Of a stretch of 64,000 nucleotides of DNA, positions 29,944 through 39,298 are shown piece by piece. The first letter of the stretch is position 1. The number at the start of each line of letters is the position of its first letter. Position numbers and translations under genes: made by a program. Source of the stretch: Candidatus Latescibacterota bacterium (GTDB lineage: Bacteria; Latescibacterota; UBA2968; UBA8231); assembly GCA_965206595.1 (NCBI GenBank), contig OZ242214.1, forward strand, positions 4,736,001 through 4,800,000, read 5' to 3'. The notes beneath the pieces were generated by a model. That model was given only the letters and a program-made list of their open reading frames with translations. It was not told where the DNA came from and made no database searches.

Positions 29944-30847
29944 GCAATCGCAGGGAAAGAGAAGGCATCGTGCGCCGGGCCTCGTGCTGCGGGGGGTCTG
30001 CATGGGGATCGCCGACGTCATTCCCGGTGTGTCGGGAGGGACCGTCGCCCTGATCACGGGGATTTACGACGATCTCGTCGGCTCCCTGGCCGCAGTCGAC
30101 GCGCGCCTCCTGAGCAGCCTGTTCCGCGGCCGCTTGGAGGAGGTCTGGAGGCTGATCAACGGCAGCTTCCTGCTGCCCCTTGGCGCCGGCATCGGCATGG
30201 CCATCCTCAGTCTGGCGCGGCTTATCACCTACCTGCTCTCCAATCATCCGGTCCCTGTCTGGGGGTTTCTCACCGGGCTGATCGCCGCTAGCGCCGTTGC
30301 CGTCGGCCGGCGCGCCGGCAGGTGGCACTTCGGCCTGCTGATCGCCGCCTGCTGCGGGGTGGCGGCAGGATACGGCATCAGTACCGCCATCCCGCAGCAG
30401 ACGGGAGAAGGCTCGGTCGAGTTTCTGCTGTCCGGTGCGGTGGCGAGCGTGGCGATGATCCTGCCCGGCATCAGCGGCAGCTTCATCCTTCTTCTTCTAG
30501 GCAAGTACCGGCAGGTCTTTCAGGCGGTCGCCAATCTCGACCTCGAGATTCTCGTCGTCTTCGGGGTGGGTTTCGCTTTCGGGATTCTGCTGTTCGCCAA
30601 GATTCTAAAACGCCTGCTCGCCCGCCTGCACGGGCCGACCATGGCGTTCCTGGTGGGACTGATGGCTGGGTCGCTGCGCCGCGTCTGGCCGTTCCGCGCA
30701 CCCGCGGCCGGTGCCGACGAAGATCCCTACACCTGCGTGCTTCCGGCGGAGCTGGACACGGGAACAGTAGCGGTGCTGGGGCTGATGGTTGCCGGGGTCC
30801 TTCTCGTGGTGGCTATCGAAGCGGTCGCGCGCGGTCCGCGACGGTAA
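29933..30847 (+). CDS. DUF368 family membrane protein
   Basis: MGIADVIPGVSGGTVALITGIY and AMILPGISGSFILLLLG; GTG start after GAGAGG. Confidence 0.92.
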   Translation: MAAEQSQGKRRHRAPGLVLRGVCMGIADVIPGVSGGTVALITGIYDDLVGSLAAVDARLLSSLFRGRLEEVWRLINGSFLLPLGAGIGMAILSLARLITYLLSNHPVPVWGFLTGLIAASAVAVGRRAGRWHFGLLIAACCGVAAGYGISTAIPQQTGEGSVEFLLSGAVASVAMILPGISGSFILLLLGKYRQVFQAVANLDLEILVVFGVGFAFGILLFAKILKRLLARLHGPTMAFLVGLMAGSLRRVWPFRAPAAGADEDPYTCVLPAELDTGTVAVLGLMVAGVLLVVAIEAVARGPRR

Positions 30848-30850
30848 CCG

Positions 30851-31102
30851 CTATTGAGGTGGGTCTGTATCGTTCAACTCCCGCTCGGCGGCGCGAAAGC
30901 GATTGATCCGGCGCACGAAAATGAAAACCAGGCCGGCGAGAGCCGCGTACAAGACGTACCGGTAAATCGCTTCCTCCCACCCCAGAACGACCGGCCACAA
31001 GGTGAGGATGCACAGGAGGATGAACAGATCCTCGAGCAGGCGGGCCCTTTTGGAGCGGTGCGCGCGCTCTGCTTCCGATTGGGGCGAAGCCATGCCGGTC
31101 AT
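30851..31102 (-). CDS. Small two-TM membrane protein
   Basis: ATGA overlap with the slt stop; two hydrophobic segments. Confidence 0.65.
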   Translation of the reverse strand: MTGMASPQSEAERAHRSKRARLLEDLFILLCILTLWPVVLGWEEAIYRYVLYAALAGLVFIFVRRINRFRAAERELNDTDPPQ

Positions 31103-33306
31103 GCGCTCGAGAGGGCTTTGTAGATATTGTAGCTCTTCAACACCTTTTTTACGTACAACCGCGTCTCCTTGTAGGGAATGCGCTCGACGAAGGCGTCGGG
31201 ATCGTCCAGCGGAAAGCGCCGGACCCACCTGTGCGCGGCGCTGGGACCGGCGTTGTAGGCGGCGAGGCCAAGCTCGAAACCTACTTCACGGGTCCGGCCG
31301 GATGCAAATGTGCGTATCTGTTCCCCGAGGTACTGGGAGCCCATTCGGATCGAAATCGCCGGATCGAGCAGCATGCGCTTCTCGAACCGTCCCATTCCGG
31401 CGGAGCGAGCCAGGGTGCGCCCGGTTTTCGGCATGATCTGCATCAGGCCGACGGCTCCCGCGCGCGACACAGCGTCGTCGTCGAAGTAGCTCTCCTGCCT
31501 GATGACCGCCAGCACCAGGAAAGAATCCAGCCCGGCTTCGCGGGCGGCCGTTTTTACCTGTTCCCAGTAGTAGTCCGGGTAGAGGTAGGGAATCTCTTCC
31601 TCTCCGGACCCGGCGAAGATTTTCGTGGACACAAGCAGGGCGCGGTCGAGGCTGCCGAGATCCTCGAAACAGTCACGGATCAGCTTGAGAGCCTCGGGGT
31701 CGTCAAGGTTTTCGCCCTCCGCCTCGGAGAGCTCCTGCTCGGCGAGCGCCACCAGTCCGATCCGGTCGAGCAGCTGGGCCCGCTGCAGGGTCTCCAACTC
31801 TTCGACTGCCACCCCGTACGCTTCCTCGACCGCCTTCGCTGCCACCGCGTTCAAAGCGGATCGCTGATCGCGCTGCTTGCGCTTTGGCAGTTGCTTCTTC
31901 TTGTCTCCTTCGTATCCCATGCTGACCGCCCGCGCCGAGTAATAGGAGCGAGGGAAGTTGGCCGCCGCCCGCTGAAACATCGCCCCTGCCTCGCGCTTGA
32001 GCCCGAGGTTCTCGGCGCTCTTTCCTGCCCAGAAGAAGCTCTGGTCGATGATGTGCGGTTCCGATGCCTTGGCCCCTGCCGTCTGGAATGAATGGAGCGA
32101 CTCGCGGTAGCGCTCGGCGCAGTACAGCATGAAAGCGGCGCTCCACCTCGCTTCGTCGCTCTTCGGGCTGTCGGGATAGCGCTCCGCGAGGCGGGTGAAA
32201 AGATTGCGCGCGCGCATGAAGTCGCTGCCGCGCTCTGTCGCCTTGGCCGCCTGCCACAGGGCATCGTCGGCGAGGCTGTGCCCGGGGTGTTCGGCGACGA
32301 GCCGCTCGTAGGTGACGATGGCGTCGTCGTCGCGGTTGCGGCGCACCTGGATCCCGCCGATGCGGTAAAGGGCATCCGGCCTCAGGTGTTTCCTGTACAG
32401 CTCCTCGAAGGTTTTGCTGGCGAGCTCGAGTTCCCCGTTTCGCATGTAGGAACGGCCGAGCAGGTAATGGGCTTCGTTGACGCGGTTGTGTTCCGGGTGT
32501 TTCTCGATGAACTCGTCGAAGGCCTCGGCGCCGCGACCGTGCCGGTAGAGAACGAAAGCGCGGGCGAAGGACTCTGCGGAAGTGCCCGGGTGCAGGCCGA
32601 GGGCCATGTCCAGGGCCTTGCGATGGCCGGCGTGCTCCGTCATCAGCCGGAGCCGGGTCTCGCCGGCGCCGCGGCTGTTGCCCGCCCGCTGCTGGATGAC
32701 CGCCATGTCGTAGAGCAGTTCGGCTGCTGCGGGCGGAGTCGCCCGCAGCAGTTGTTGATCGTACAGCGTGACCGCCTTGTCGAACTCGCCGGCTTCTGTG
32801 AGAATCGCCGCGAGGTAGAGACGCGCCGAATCGGCCACCACGCCCTCGAAGGTCGACAGCAGATCCTGGTAGCCGAGCCGGGCGCACTGCAGCTCTCCCA
32901 TCTCCTCAAGGGCTCGCGCCATCCAGAGTCGGCGGTAGGACTCGAGCTCGGGAATTCCGTCCACGAGCAACTGCAGGCGGTCGTGGGCCTTGCGCGGCTT
33001 TCCCAGACGCCGCTCGCAAACGGCTCGCTGGTAGGCGAGCAGGGGTAGGTCGCCGTCGGTGAGCGACTCCGCATCGACCTCCTGCAGCAGGCGGTAGGCT
33101 GCGTCGAAGTCGCCGCCGGCGATGAGATTCCGCACCGTGCCCGAGACATCGGTCATTTTCGGTGGCTCTTCCTGCTCCTGTCGTAGCGCCATACGGGGGG
33201 CGAAAAGCAACAGCGCCACCGTTGCGGCGAGAGCAAGGCCGGCGAGGACGATTACGGCCCGGAGTCCGTGCCGTTTCTCCTGGTTGGTCGGTCGTGCCCT
33301 GGACAT
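31099..33306 (-). CDS. TPR-containing soluble lytic transglycosylase (Slt70-like)
   Basis: N-terminal TM anchor and TPR repeats; AVIRQESYF, AVGLMQIMP, AAYNAG and ETRLYVKKV. Confidence 0.92.
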   Translation of the reverse strand: MSRARPTNQEKRHGLRAVIVLAGLALAATVALLLFAPRMALRQEQEEPPKMTDVSGTVRNLIAGGDFDAAYRLLQEVDAESLTDGDLPLLAYQRAVCERRLGKPRKAHDRLQLLVDGIPELESYRRLWMARALEEMGELQCARLGYQDLLSTFEGVVADSARLYLAAILTEAGEFDKAVTLYDQQLLRATPPAAAELLYDMAVIQQRAGNSRGAGETRLRLMTEHAGHRKALDMALGLHPGTSAESFARAFVLYRHGRGAEAFDEFIEKHPEHNRVNEAHYLLGRSYMRNGELELASKTFEELYRKHLRPDALYRIGGIQVRRNRDDDAIVTYERLVAEHPGHSLADDALWQAAKATERGSDFMRARNLFTRLAERYPDSPKSDEARWSAAFMLYCAERYRESLHSFQTAGAKASEPHIIDQSFFWAGKSAENLGLKREAGAMFQRAAANFPRSYYSARAVSMGYEGDKKKQLPKRKQRDQRSALNAVAAKAVEEAYGVAVEELETLQRAQLLDRIGLVALAEQELSEAEGENLDDPEALKLIRDCFEDLGSLDRALLVSTKIFAGSGEEEIPYLYPDYYWEQVKTAAREAGLDSFLVLAVIRQESYFDDDAVSRAGAVGLMQIMPKTGRTLARSAGMGRFEKRMLLDPAISIRMGSQYLGEQIRTFASGRTREVGFELGLAAYNAGPSAAHRWVRRFPLDDPDAFVERIPYKETRLYVKKVLKSYNIYKALSSA

Positions 33307-33983
33307 GTGCTCATCTCTCTGTTTCACTGCTCGAGGACCTGCTTCAAGGCTGCGACGGATTGCCGGGCTTTTTTTCCCCCGACTCCTCGAGCTCGCGTAG
33401 GTTTCTGCGAATATCCTCGAGGCAATCGCGGATCTCGCGATCGAGCTCCTCGAGCCGGCGCCGGACCCAGTGTCGCGTCCCGGGAATTCCACATGCTTTC
33501 CGGCACCGATTCATCCTGTGTTGCCGCGCTGCCTTCGCTCGCCGTACTCGGCTGATACGACGCCTTCGGGCGCCGTGCGAGCCGCGAGTCCGGGGACCCG
33601 CATTCCACGGGTCTTTCCAGGAGGGCGGCACGGGCAGGCATTCGCACAGGATTGAGGATTCGCTTTCATGTTCACGCTGTTGGGCCCGCTTTCGACCGGC
33701 AGATGATTTCCACCGTGAAACAGCGTTGACCCAAGCCGGCTAATGCAATTGGCATGCCTGACCGCGTTCCCAGGGGAGAACCGTTCAGGGATATTGTTGT
33801 AACGCCCTGTTTTACAGGGAATTATGAATATTATCGAGGATGCTTCGAGAGCGTGGCGACGCCCGGTGGAGTGGAACTTTTTTCCGGCCGGTTGCAGATC
33901 CTGCCGGGAAAAAGCTGCCGCCGGGACTTTGCCTTGGAGCTTCGGGGGGGCCGTGTCAGGCCGACGCGGCCGTGTGGCGGGGT

Positions 33984-34835
33984 TTAGTGCCCTTCCGTCC
34001 CGTGGAGGGCACTGGATTCGATGAAAAACAGTGCGTAGGCGAGGCCGATTCCCACGAGGAGAGACAGGATGAGTTTGCCGCGGTCGTGGCTGTGGAAATG
34101 TATCTCCGGCAGCAGGTCGCTCAGGGCAATGCAGAGGAAGGCACCGGCGGCGAAGGCCAGGGCATAGCCGACTACCACCCCTCCCTCGGAACCGAGCAGT
34201 CCCACACCGAGGAAACTCGCCATGCCCACCAGGGGGCAGAGCAGGGCAAATGCGAGATTGGCTGCGGTTCGCGTGCGCCGGCTGTGACCGGCGGACTTCA
34301 TCATGCCGATAATGGAGTAGGCATCGAGCGGCTTGTGCAGCACAATGGCGAGGAATACCCCCAGTGCCGGCAGCACACTTTCGTCTTCGTGCGGCAAACT
34401 CGCCTGCATGCTGGTACCGAGGGCGACTCCTTCGGTAACGGTGTGCACCCCCAGGCCGAGGGCGACCCCAATCAGACTACGCGAGTGTATGCCGGAATCG
34501 CCGTGGTCGTGATCGTCGTAGAGATCGCTCGCTTCGTGGCTGAAGTCGTGCTGATGAAAGTGGAAGATACGCAGCAGAAAAATCATCAGGACCATGCCGT
34601 ATACAACCCATGCCACGGCTGTTTCGACAACTTCGGGCCCGCCAATGCGCTCGAGGCTGTGGGGAAAAAGATGGTACATGGCGATGCCGAGGATGAAGCC
34701 GGCCACGAGACTCATCAGAACCTGTGTCCGCGTGTGGGTCATGGTACCCAGGGCCGCCAGTCTTCCGCCGAGAAAGGAAGCGGCAAAGATAGCGGCTGAG
34801 TAGGCCGACAAAACTAGTAGAGCGTTTGCATCCAT
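33984..34835 (-). CDS. ZIP-family metal transporter
   Basis: His-rich loop HFHQHD..HDH, VHTVTEGVAL, VLHKPLD and SDLLPE. Confidence 0.92.
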   Translation of the reverse strand: MDANALLVLSAYSAAIFAASFLGGRLAALGTMTHTRTQVLMSLVAGFILGIAMYHLFPHSLERIGGPEVVETAVAWVVYGMVLMIFLLRIFHFHQHDFSHEASDLYDDHDHGDSGIHSRSLIGVALGLGVHTVTEGVALGTSMQASLPHEDESVLPALGVFLAIVLHKPLDAYSIIGMMKSAGHSRRTRTAANLAFALLCPLVGMASFLGVGLLGSEGGVVVGYALAFAAGAFLCIALSDLLPEIHFHSHDRGKLILSLLVGIGLAYALFFIESSALHGTEGH

Positions 34836-34901
34836 GATGGCTATAGCCGGAAACTAGCTGGGCAGCCGGCGATCGCGGTGTCTGCTGGGGTCAATTTCTT
34901 C

Positions 34902-34935
34902 TTGTATAGCAGGACCTTATCGAGGTATTATACAA
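34902..34935. promoter_or_regulatory. Inverted repeat overlapping a TATAAT upstream of the ZIP gene; candidate metalloregulator operator
   Basis: TTGTATA..TATACAA arms with an inner ACCT..AGGT; TATAAT on the minus strand at 34932-34927. Confidence 0.4.
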
Positions 34936-35410
34936 AAGGTCGCTATCGAGTTCAGTCTTGGCCACCACTGCGGGCACACCCTGACGGGACGCGGTGCCAC
35001 CAGGCAGGGTGTCATTCATTTGTAATCTCCTTGGACTTTTGCAAAACGCTCAATTATAGGGTGATTTTCGGATGGCTGAGGTAGCACGAACCCGATCGAA
35101 TCTTGGTATTTTGGTAGAAACGAAGGCATCCCCCGCCTTCGTCTCCCCTGGCCATGAGAGAGGTCGTCATGCCAGGCATTATTGCATTTCCCACCGTGGC
35201 CGAAGAGGCGCTGGAGGAGTTTGGCGGGCTGTTTGCCAACGCCCCGGAGCGCCGGCATTTTGGCGAATACCTGACCGGGCTTCTAGTGACGGCGCGTAAA
35301 AACGTATCGGCGATCAACGCTTTGTTTGTCGACACCACGGACCAGTCCTGGCTGGATCGCTGGATTACGCAGGTGTCTTGGGATGAAAAGCAGCTCAACG
35401 AACATCGGTT

Positions 35411-37021
35411 GTAACCGTTCAGTTCCCTGGCAGATTGGGGCCGGGGGCGGAATGGTAGCAGAATATTAACGAATGGCGGAGTGGGTTGAAGGCAGCAGCG
35501 AGGGCGCCGGCTGCTGAGACACGGCCGCGTCACAGGCCATCCTGAGATAGTCGAGGACGTTGCGCTGCTGCTGGCGCAGGGTATCGCGTACCGTGAGCAG
35601 GCGCTCTACGAAACGGCTGCCTTCGGCACTGTGGGTACCGAAGCTGGTGTGACGCCACAACACGCCATGGCGAAGGGCTCGTTCGGCGTCGTTGTTGGTC
35701 GGCTCGACGCCGGGCCGGCGTGCGAAGGTCCACAGGGCCGGCCCGAGGTCGAGGAGATTGGCGCAGGTGGCCGCCGTCTTGGCGTCGGCGAACCGCTGCC
35801 CATAGCACAAATGAAAACGAAAGCGCAGACACAAATCGTCGATATAGTCCTGGAAGCGGGCGCGGGACAGGGTGCCGTCGCGGACTTGATGCCACCAGGT
35901 AAACAGCTGCTCGCTGCGGTCCAACAGGTGGTGACCGACGCGCTCGGCCTCTCCGCCCCGGGCCACGAACTCCTCGAAGGCGCGCCGCAGATGAGCCCAG
36001 CAGACGTGCCGGCGTCGCAGCGGCAGATGCGCGTAGGCCGAATAGCGATCGGAGCCGACCACCGCCGTGTTATCCGCACCCAGCATCTCATCGACGCCGT
36101 CGCGGTTGCGTCTTTTGCGGACGGAGAACACGGTGACGCCGTCCGTCACCGCGGTCCACAACCAAGCCTTGGCGCGGCGCTGGCGCCAGCCGGTCTCGTC
36201 GACGTTGACGAGGCCCTGTCGGCGAACGAAGGCGCGCGCCTCCTCGACCGGAGCCGCCAGGGCCGCGGCCACCTCCCGTTCCAGTCGGCTGACCGTACCC
36301 AGCGACACCTCGAGGCCGAAGGCGTCGGACAACAACGCCCGGATGTTGCGCTTGCTCAGCCGGTAGGCCCCGGCCAGCAGGCCGACCCAGGCTTGCACGC
36401 TGGGACCGAAGGTGTGGCGCGACACGCCCTCGGGCCAACCGGCTGCGGTCAGGCGGTCGCAGTGAGCGCAGCGCAGGGTGTGCAACTGATACTCGATGAC
36501 CTCGGCCCGCAGCGGCGGGATGACGACTTCCTGGTGACGCTGCGGATGAGGATCGTCTCCCGTCAACCGGTGCCCGCATCCGTGGCAATGGCTGGGCTTG
36601 ACCGGGATCCGTTCGTCCACCTGCTCGACCGATACCCACGAGCGGCCGGGTCCTTCGTGCCCGGGCTGTCCGCCCGGCGAGCGCCCCGAGGACCGGCGAC
36701 GGCCGGAGGCATCGGTACGCCGCGTGGAGGAACCCGACGAGGAGGTTTGAGCGCCACGGCGGGATCGCCCCTTGCGACGGGCCAATTCCTGCTCCAGCTC
36801 GGCGATGCGGGACGTCTGTTGTTCCACGATCCGCTCGAGCTGGACAATGCGCTGACGCAAGTCGCCTTCGGAAATCGCACCCTCAGGAGGTCTTTTCATG
36901 GGGGTCGCCGTATCCGGAGAATCTGCAACACACAACCAATCCCGAAAATACCGACGAACCCGAAAACTCGCTGGGTATTTCTTTACATGCGCAAACTACT
37001 GCAGGGAGACTGAACGGTTAC
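35411..37021 (-). mobile_element. IS66-family element, copy 2, intact
   Basis: IRs GTAACCGTTCAG / CTGAACGGTTAC with 8-bp target duplication CATCGGTT. Confidence 0.95.
35466..36935 (-). CDS. IS66 transposase (single ORF)
   Basis: Coiled coil, GGQPGHEG, zinc finger CHGCG..CAHC, VDETGW and TNNDAERALR. Confidence 0.95.
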   Translation of the reverse strand: MCVADSPDTATPMKRPPEGAISEGDLRQRIVQLERIVEQQTSRIAELEQELARRKGRSRRGAQTSSSGSSTRRTDASGRRRSSGRSPGGQPGHEGPGRSWVSVEQVDERIPVKPSHCHGCGHRLTGDDPHPQRHQEVVIPPLRAEVIEYQLHTLRCAHCDRLTAAGWPEGVSRHTFGPSVQAWVGLLAGAYRLSKRNIRALLSDAFGLEVSLGTVSRLEREVAAALAAPVEEARAFVRRQGLVNVDETGWRQRRAKAWLWTAVTDGVTVFSVRKRRNRDGVDEMLGADNTAVVGSDRYSAYAHLPLRRRHVCWAHLRRAFEEFVARGGEAERVGHHLLDRSEQLFTWWHQVRDGTLSRARFQDYIDDLCLRFRFHLCYGQRFADAKTAATCANLLDLGPALWTFARRPGVEPTNNDAERALRHGVLWRHTSFGTHSAEGSRFVERLLTVRDTLRQQQRNVLDYLRMACDAAVSQQPAPSLLPSTHSAIR

Positions 37022-37751
37022 CATCGGTTGGACTGGTTGCAGAGCACCCCTCGACGCGCTATTCGGCGCGCGGGGTGATCGCCATCGACACCTTGGTCGG
37101 ACACAGCGGAGCGAAGATCGAGGATGCGGGTTGGATTTGGGATCACTCCGACAAGCGCCATATGATTGCCCACGACTACGTGATCGCCAACTACGTGTGT
37201 ACGTCAGGGAAACACTATCCGTTGGAGTTCCGTCGCTTTCGCAAGCGCTAAGAGGGCGAGACGGCCACGTTTTTCAAGAACCATACCGAGCTGTTCAAAG
37301 AGCTGGCGGATTGGGTCGTGTGCCGACAGATCCCGGGCGATTACGCCTTTGACTGCTACTTCAGCAGTGTCGACAGTCTTGATCATATCCACCTTAATGG
37401 GCGCGGCTACGTAGGGGCCCCGAAGAGCAACCGCAAGGTCACGTTCCAGGGCCGCGTGATGACGACCGCGCAAGTGGCTGCGAATATCCCACCCGAGGAT
37501 CGCAAACGGGTCTGCATCGGCGAGCGCAAACAATGGTATTTCACCCGCACCATGAGTCTGCCCAAGCTCGAGCACCGGGTTCGCTTGGTGATCCTGGGGG
37601 ATCGAAAAGAACGGCAAGGAAGCGGTCAAGTTTCTACTCACCAATCGGGTGCACTGGGAGATCAGTCGTATACTGAACGTCTATCGCAAACGCTGGACAG
37701 GCACCGAGACCCTTCATCGGGACGGCAAGCACTATCTGGGCATGGAGGACT

Positions 37752-38606
37752 GAACCTATCTCAAAATTGAAATTGTTTAAGTAAAATCAAAATGGATGCA
37801 AGTTGGACGAAGCCAAGAAAATTCTCCGGATACAATTCCCAGCGAGTGATCACTCGACGCTGCCATTGAAGCCAAGCAAAGAATCTCTCAACCATCCAAC
37901 GCCGCACATAACGCCGCAATCGCCGTCCGTCCTGAGTCTTTTTCTTGGTCCGATTCTGGCGATGCGAGGCGATCATCTCGATCCCGTCTTTCTTACGTTC
38001 TTCATCCAACGAATCGCTGTCGTACGCCTTGTCACCGATCAAGTTGTCAGGTTGGTCTTCGATCAGGTAAAAGTCAAAGGTCAACTGAACCAGCGTCACT
38101 TCATGATGGTTCGCTGCATGCGTGCTCACCGACAAGGGAAGCCCATTGCCGTCCACGATCCCCATGACCCGCACCCCCTTACCTCGCTTGGTGTGGCCGA
38201 TATCGGCACCTCCACCCTTGGCCGCCGAGAACATGCCGTCGATGAAAGCCTCCGATTCGTCCAGGCCCCCTTGCTCGTGAAGGGTCTGGGCCAGGTCCAT
38301 GAGAACTTCGCGCACCACCCCTTGACGACACCCGTTTTGAAAACGGCGATGCACGGTTTTGTAGTTCGGATAGCACGGCGGCAACATAGGCCATTGAGCC
38401 CCGGTGTTTAGAATCCAAAGAACGGCTTCAAAAACATCACGGGTGCAAACCGGTTTGCGACCCCGGATGGCTCTTGGGACGAAGTTCTTCAGGAAAGTGA
38501 TGCCGGATTCGTTGCCATTGCATGTCGGTCAGATTGACCATACACCAATGGTACATCACTGTCATTTCGAAAACAAGTTTAAGTTTGCCTATTTTGAGAT
38601 AGGTTC
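37752..38606 (-). mobile_element. IS5-family element, 855 bp, copy B
   Basis: Same IRs and CT duplication as copy A, opposite orientation; removal restores GMEDCQLR of the host IS. Confidence 0.93.
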
Positions 38607-38919
38607 CTGTCAGTTACGCAGCGGCGAGGGCTAGACCCGGCATATGTACCTCGTGATGCTGACGCACAGTCTGCTGACGGCACAGATGCGGCAGGGCCGT
38701 GCGAGTGACTGGGCTCATACCGTGCTGACGACCATCGGCGAAGCCTGTCGAGCCGTGTCGCGAGAAACGCTCAGTAAAACCAACTCCTGGGCAGTCGACC
38801 AAGCCACAACAGTAGGGTGGACTGAGCAGAGAATTGTCGTATATATGAAACTTGGGTAAAAAAAGTGGAGTTTGCAAAAGTCCAGATCTCCCACGGCATC
38901 CCACAGGAGGGCAAGCGGT

Positions 38920-39140
38920 ATGCATATGCACGCAGAACCCAATGAAAAAATGAGACTTCGGGAAGCCACGGCCATCATCGCTGCAGGTGGCGTCACAAAC
39001 AGCGTACTGGGAGTCGTAAAAATCGTCCTCGGCAGCGTTACCGGGTACCTTCCACTGACTGCTTCGGGGGTCCATTCGCTGTCGGACATTGTATCCGATG
39101 TCATCGCTTGGGTCGCCGTGCGGATAGGATCGCACGCTGA
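38920..39140 (+). pseudogene. Cation diffusion facilitator (FieF/CzcD-like) 5' fragment
   Basis: NSVLGVVKIVLG..LTASGVHSLSDIVSD matches CDF TM1-2, and the similarity then stops. Confidence 0.75.
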
Positions 39141-39298
39141 GAAACGGGGGTATATCCGGGTTTTTCAAAGGACAATTTATAGCATGTAACAGAGAGAGAT
39201 ATCGAGTGATTCACACGGTACGGAATCGGGTCGGGATCTGCGCAGGGATATCGAGGTCTCCGACGCACAGGTAAATGAGGTCGGCAAGGGCGTCTTAA

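Larger units (their letters stand above)
35030..38885 (+). mobile_element. IS701/ISH3-like element (pseudogenised transposase) carrying nested IS66 and IS5
   Basis: IRs TGGACTTTTGCAAA / TTTGCAAAAGTCCA with 5-bp duplication ATCTC (35025-35029 and 38886-38890). Transposase pieces RRHFGEYLTGL, VIAID, AFDCYF and GMEDCQLR lie around the two insertions. Confidence 0.85.

Noticed and set aside
33324-33670. Small gene upstream of slt
   Set aside because: There is a coiled-coil-like tail (RRRLEELDREIRD), but the frame and start could not be resolved.
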